24,144 bases of DNA, taken from IMG/VR virus record IMGVR_UViG_3300037424_003015, positions 1 through 24,144 of that record; one strand, given 5' to 3'. This document shows, in pieces, positions 22,262 through 24,144 of the stretch. Numbering within the stretch: the first letter of the stretch is position 1; every line of letters begins with the position of its first letter. A program made the position numbers and the translations under genes. The notes under the pieces are model-generated. The model had not been told where the DNA came from. It saw nothing but the letters and a program-made list of their open reading frames with translations, and searched no databases. The stretch comes from a virus. Taxonomy: Duplodnaviria > Caudoviricetes.

Positions 22262-23238
22262 CGTGGCACCGCCGCATCCAGCTCGGCCTCTGTCGCCTCA
22301 TCGAACATCGGGATCGACGGAGCCGGGGGTACTGCGGCCGGCTCCTCTGACGGGACTCCCGCCGCGTCGGGTGAAGGGCCAGCCCCGTGTGTCTCGGCTG
22401 GCAATGGCAGGGACCATCCGGCGGTCCTGATCCGCTTCAGGTGGATGCGCGGGAACGGCTTGGAGAAGTCGCCGTTGCGGAACGGCACGGAGAACTCGTC
22501 TCCCTCGATCGTGCAGACGAGGCCGTTGAGATCCGCCCCGGCCGCGTCGAGCATGTCCACTGCGAGCGGATCGCGGACCAAGACCTGGGGGATGCCCGGG
22601 CCGTCGACCGGCTTGAACGCGACGATGAAGTAGCCGCCGTCCGGTCCCTGCCGGAGATTGCCGTCGGATTGGCCGGTCTTGCGGACGACGATCTCGCCCG
22701 TCCCGGACCAAGGGCCGACATAGACCGGCTCGGTCGATTGTGGCTTGGGCGTTTCACGCCTAGCCGGTTGGCCGGCCCCCTGTCCGGTGGACTGTCCGGC
22801 CTCGGTGCTCCCGAGCTCAGAGTCCTCACCTGTGGACAGAAGGAAGCCGGTCAGGAGCGCGTACTTCATGGCCGAGGTCGACGCCTTGCCGGAATACTTG
22901 TCCCCGCCGTCGGCGCCGGCCCCGAAGGATTGGATCTCGATCGTCTCCCCGGACTCGCCATCGGTGAGCCGCCATGTCGTGACGAGGTCGACGGTCGTCA
23001 TCGACCCGCCCGACTTCGTTGGACGGTCAGCCTGCCCCGTCACCTGGACGCCGACGGGCATCATCGTGATGACCTTCTCGGCGAGGGCCTTGCGGATGTA
23101 GTCGGCCGCATCGCCGACCTGTACGAACTTGTACCCGCCCATCTCGCGAGGCGCGGTCCCGTTCTTCGGGATGCGATCGGCCTCGTACATGATCTGCGCG
23201 AGCTTCCGGTGCAGGCTGCGCGTCTCGGTCGTCGTCAT
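22258..23238 (-). CDS. erf: ERF-family single-strand annealing recombinase with C-terminal extension, 326 aa
   Basis: 'KL..IM.....IPKNG.....YKF', 'D.ESGE.IE....G.G.D.GDK..GKA.T.A.KYAL...FLL.TGED'. Confidence 0.88.
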   Translation of the reverse strand: MTTTETRSLHRKLAQIMYEADRIPKNGTAPREMGGYKFVQVGDAADYIRKALAEKVITMMPVGVQVTGQADRPTKSGGSMTTVDLVTTWRLTDGESGETIEIQSFGAGADGGDKYSGKASTSAMKYALLTGFLLSTGEDSELGSTEAGQSTGQGAGQPARRETPKPQSTEPVYVGPWSGTGEIVVRKTGQSDGNLRQGPDGGYFIVAFKPVDGPGIPQVLVRDPLAVDMLDAAGADLNGLVCTIEGDEFSVPFRNGDFSKPFPRIHLKRIRTAGWSLPLPAETHGAGPSPDAAGVPSEEPAAVPPAPSIPMFDEATEAELDAAVPR

Positions 23239-23813
23239 GCTTCCCCCGTATGTCGTGCGGCGATCTCGTCGTCGCGGTACTGCTCGAAGCGCCGGTCCTC
23301 TTCGATGGCGGCGGCGTCCTGTTCGTCGTACATGGGTTGCATGGGGTCGGGGATGCCGTGATCAGGGCAACCGGGATCGCCGCACTGCCATCCGACGGGC
23401 GCGTTCGGATCGGTGATGCCATGCAGCGGCGCGGGTCTGTCAGGGGTGACGGCTGCTGACACGTCCCTTAGCCGCAGGCCAGCACTTGCGTCCCCCGAAG
23501 GCTTCGGCCCGCCCTTTCGGGAGGTGGTTGAGCCCAAGAGGGAACCGTCATCGTGATTATCGGCCAGCGCGTACTCGTCCGCCATGTCGAGGATGAGCCG
23601 GAAGTCATGCTCGGTCGGCGCGTAGCCGTGTCGGTCGAGATGCCAGCGGCGGAACGCGAGGATCAGCCCATTCGTCGCGTCAACGACGGCCTCGATTGCC
23701 TCCAGAATGAGGCCGGGGCAGGGCCGATCAAGCGGTCGTCCGTCCGGTCCCGCGATGACATACTCGTGCGGCTCGTGCGGCTCATCGAACCCACACTCAG
23801 CCATCCGGACCAT
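23235..23813 (-). CDS. Hypothetical protein, about 192 aa (alternative start 23804)
   Basis: ATG just after upstream TGA; 'C....PHEPH...CPG' and 'CGDPGCPDH'; stop overlaps the erf start. Confidence 0.6.
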   Translation of the reverse strand: MVRMAECGFDEPHEPHEYVIAGPDGRPLDRPCPGLILEAIEAVVDATNGLILAFRRWHLDRHGYAPTEHDFRLILDMADEYALADNHDDGSLLGSTTSRKGGPKPSGDASAGLRLRDVSAAVTPDRPAPLHGITDPNAPVGWQCGDPGCPDHGIPDPMQPMYDEQDAAAIEEDRRFEQYRDDEIAARHTGEA

Positions 23814-23814
23814 C

Positions 23815-24144
23815 TCAGAACACCGTCTGCCGGGAGCGAAGCCCGGTCCCGTAACAGGCTCGGCAGGGGCATCCATGGCCCCACTTGTCGTGAGGACCGG
23901 GGCAGGCGAGCGGGTCGTCGCAGTCGTCCTGCGTCCCCTCGCCGGCGCACCACGTGCAGTCGTCCTCATCCTCATCGCCAAACTCGATCCCGACCTCCGG
24001 CGGCTGCTCCTCCTCCCGTTCCCGGACGACCCGCTCCCAATCCGCCAGCTCATACGAGAGGTCCGCGGCGTCCTCGCCGTTCGCGTACCGCAAGCTCTTG
24101 CGGATGGACTCCACGACGTGGCGGGCTTCCTCGAGGGTGGCGGT
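23815..24144 (-). CDS. 5'-truncated protein with DnaJ-like CxxCxGxG zinc finger
   Basis: Frame open to the window edge; 'CTWCAGEG' and 'CRACYGTG'. Confidence 0.65.
   Translation of the reverse strand, partial: TATLEEARHVVESIRKSLRYANGEDAADLSYELADWERVVREREEEQPPEVGIEFGDEDEDDCTWCAGEGTQDDCDDPLACPGPHDKWGHGCPCRACYGTGLRSRQTVF

Larger units (their letters stand above)
1..24144 (-). mobile_element. Tailed dsDNA phage or prophage segment (HK97-type head module); extends beyond both window edges
   Basis: Continuous minus-strand gene run with TerL, portal, protease, capsid, neck, endolysin and replication genes; no host housekeeping gene, integrase or att site visible. Confidence 0.95.

Noticed and set aside
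52-23459. Long + strand ORFs (e.g. 8930-10816, 6286-7542, 14966-15994, 22387-23361)
   Set aside because: Antisense to well-supported minus-strand genes, no recognisable motifs; expected in high-GC DNA
1-24144. tRNA, rRNA, integrase, major tail, tape measure, or a claim that the phage is tail-less
   Set aside because: None recognisable here; tail genes would lie beyond position 1, so their absence is uninformative

Overview
The whole window reads as one high-GC tailed-phage (or prophage) segment. About 45 tightly coupled genes lie on the minus strand, mostly joined by ATGA/GTGA/TGATG overlaps; the long + strand ORFs look like antisense shadows. In transcription order (right to left): (1) early and replication genes: ERF-family annealing protein, MucR-like zinc finger/HTH fusion, replication initiator with an internal iteron-like pair, HNH, a run of small genes sharing exact DNA repeats, LuxR-type HTH; (2) an HNH homing endonuclease; (3) a lysis region with a peptidase-type endolysin and several small membrane proteins, some absent from the ORF track; (4) the head module: HNH, TerL, HK97-type portal, S49 protease, HK97-fold capsid; (5) a neck module containing a repeat-fibre cassette; (6) four tandem soluble glycosyltransferases directly behind the head-closure gene. 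The strongest leads are the four-glycosyltransferase cassette next to a Thr/Ser/Gly repeat fibre (candidate virion glycosylation system), the repeat-linked modular small genes near the ERF recombinase, an atypical packaging module (no obvious TerS, deviant Walker A) and a portal C-terminal domain resembling the post-capsid protein. All family calls come from motif recognition by eye; no searches were run and the host cannot be determined from this window.
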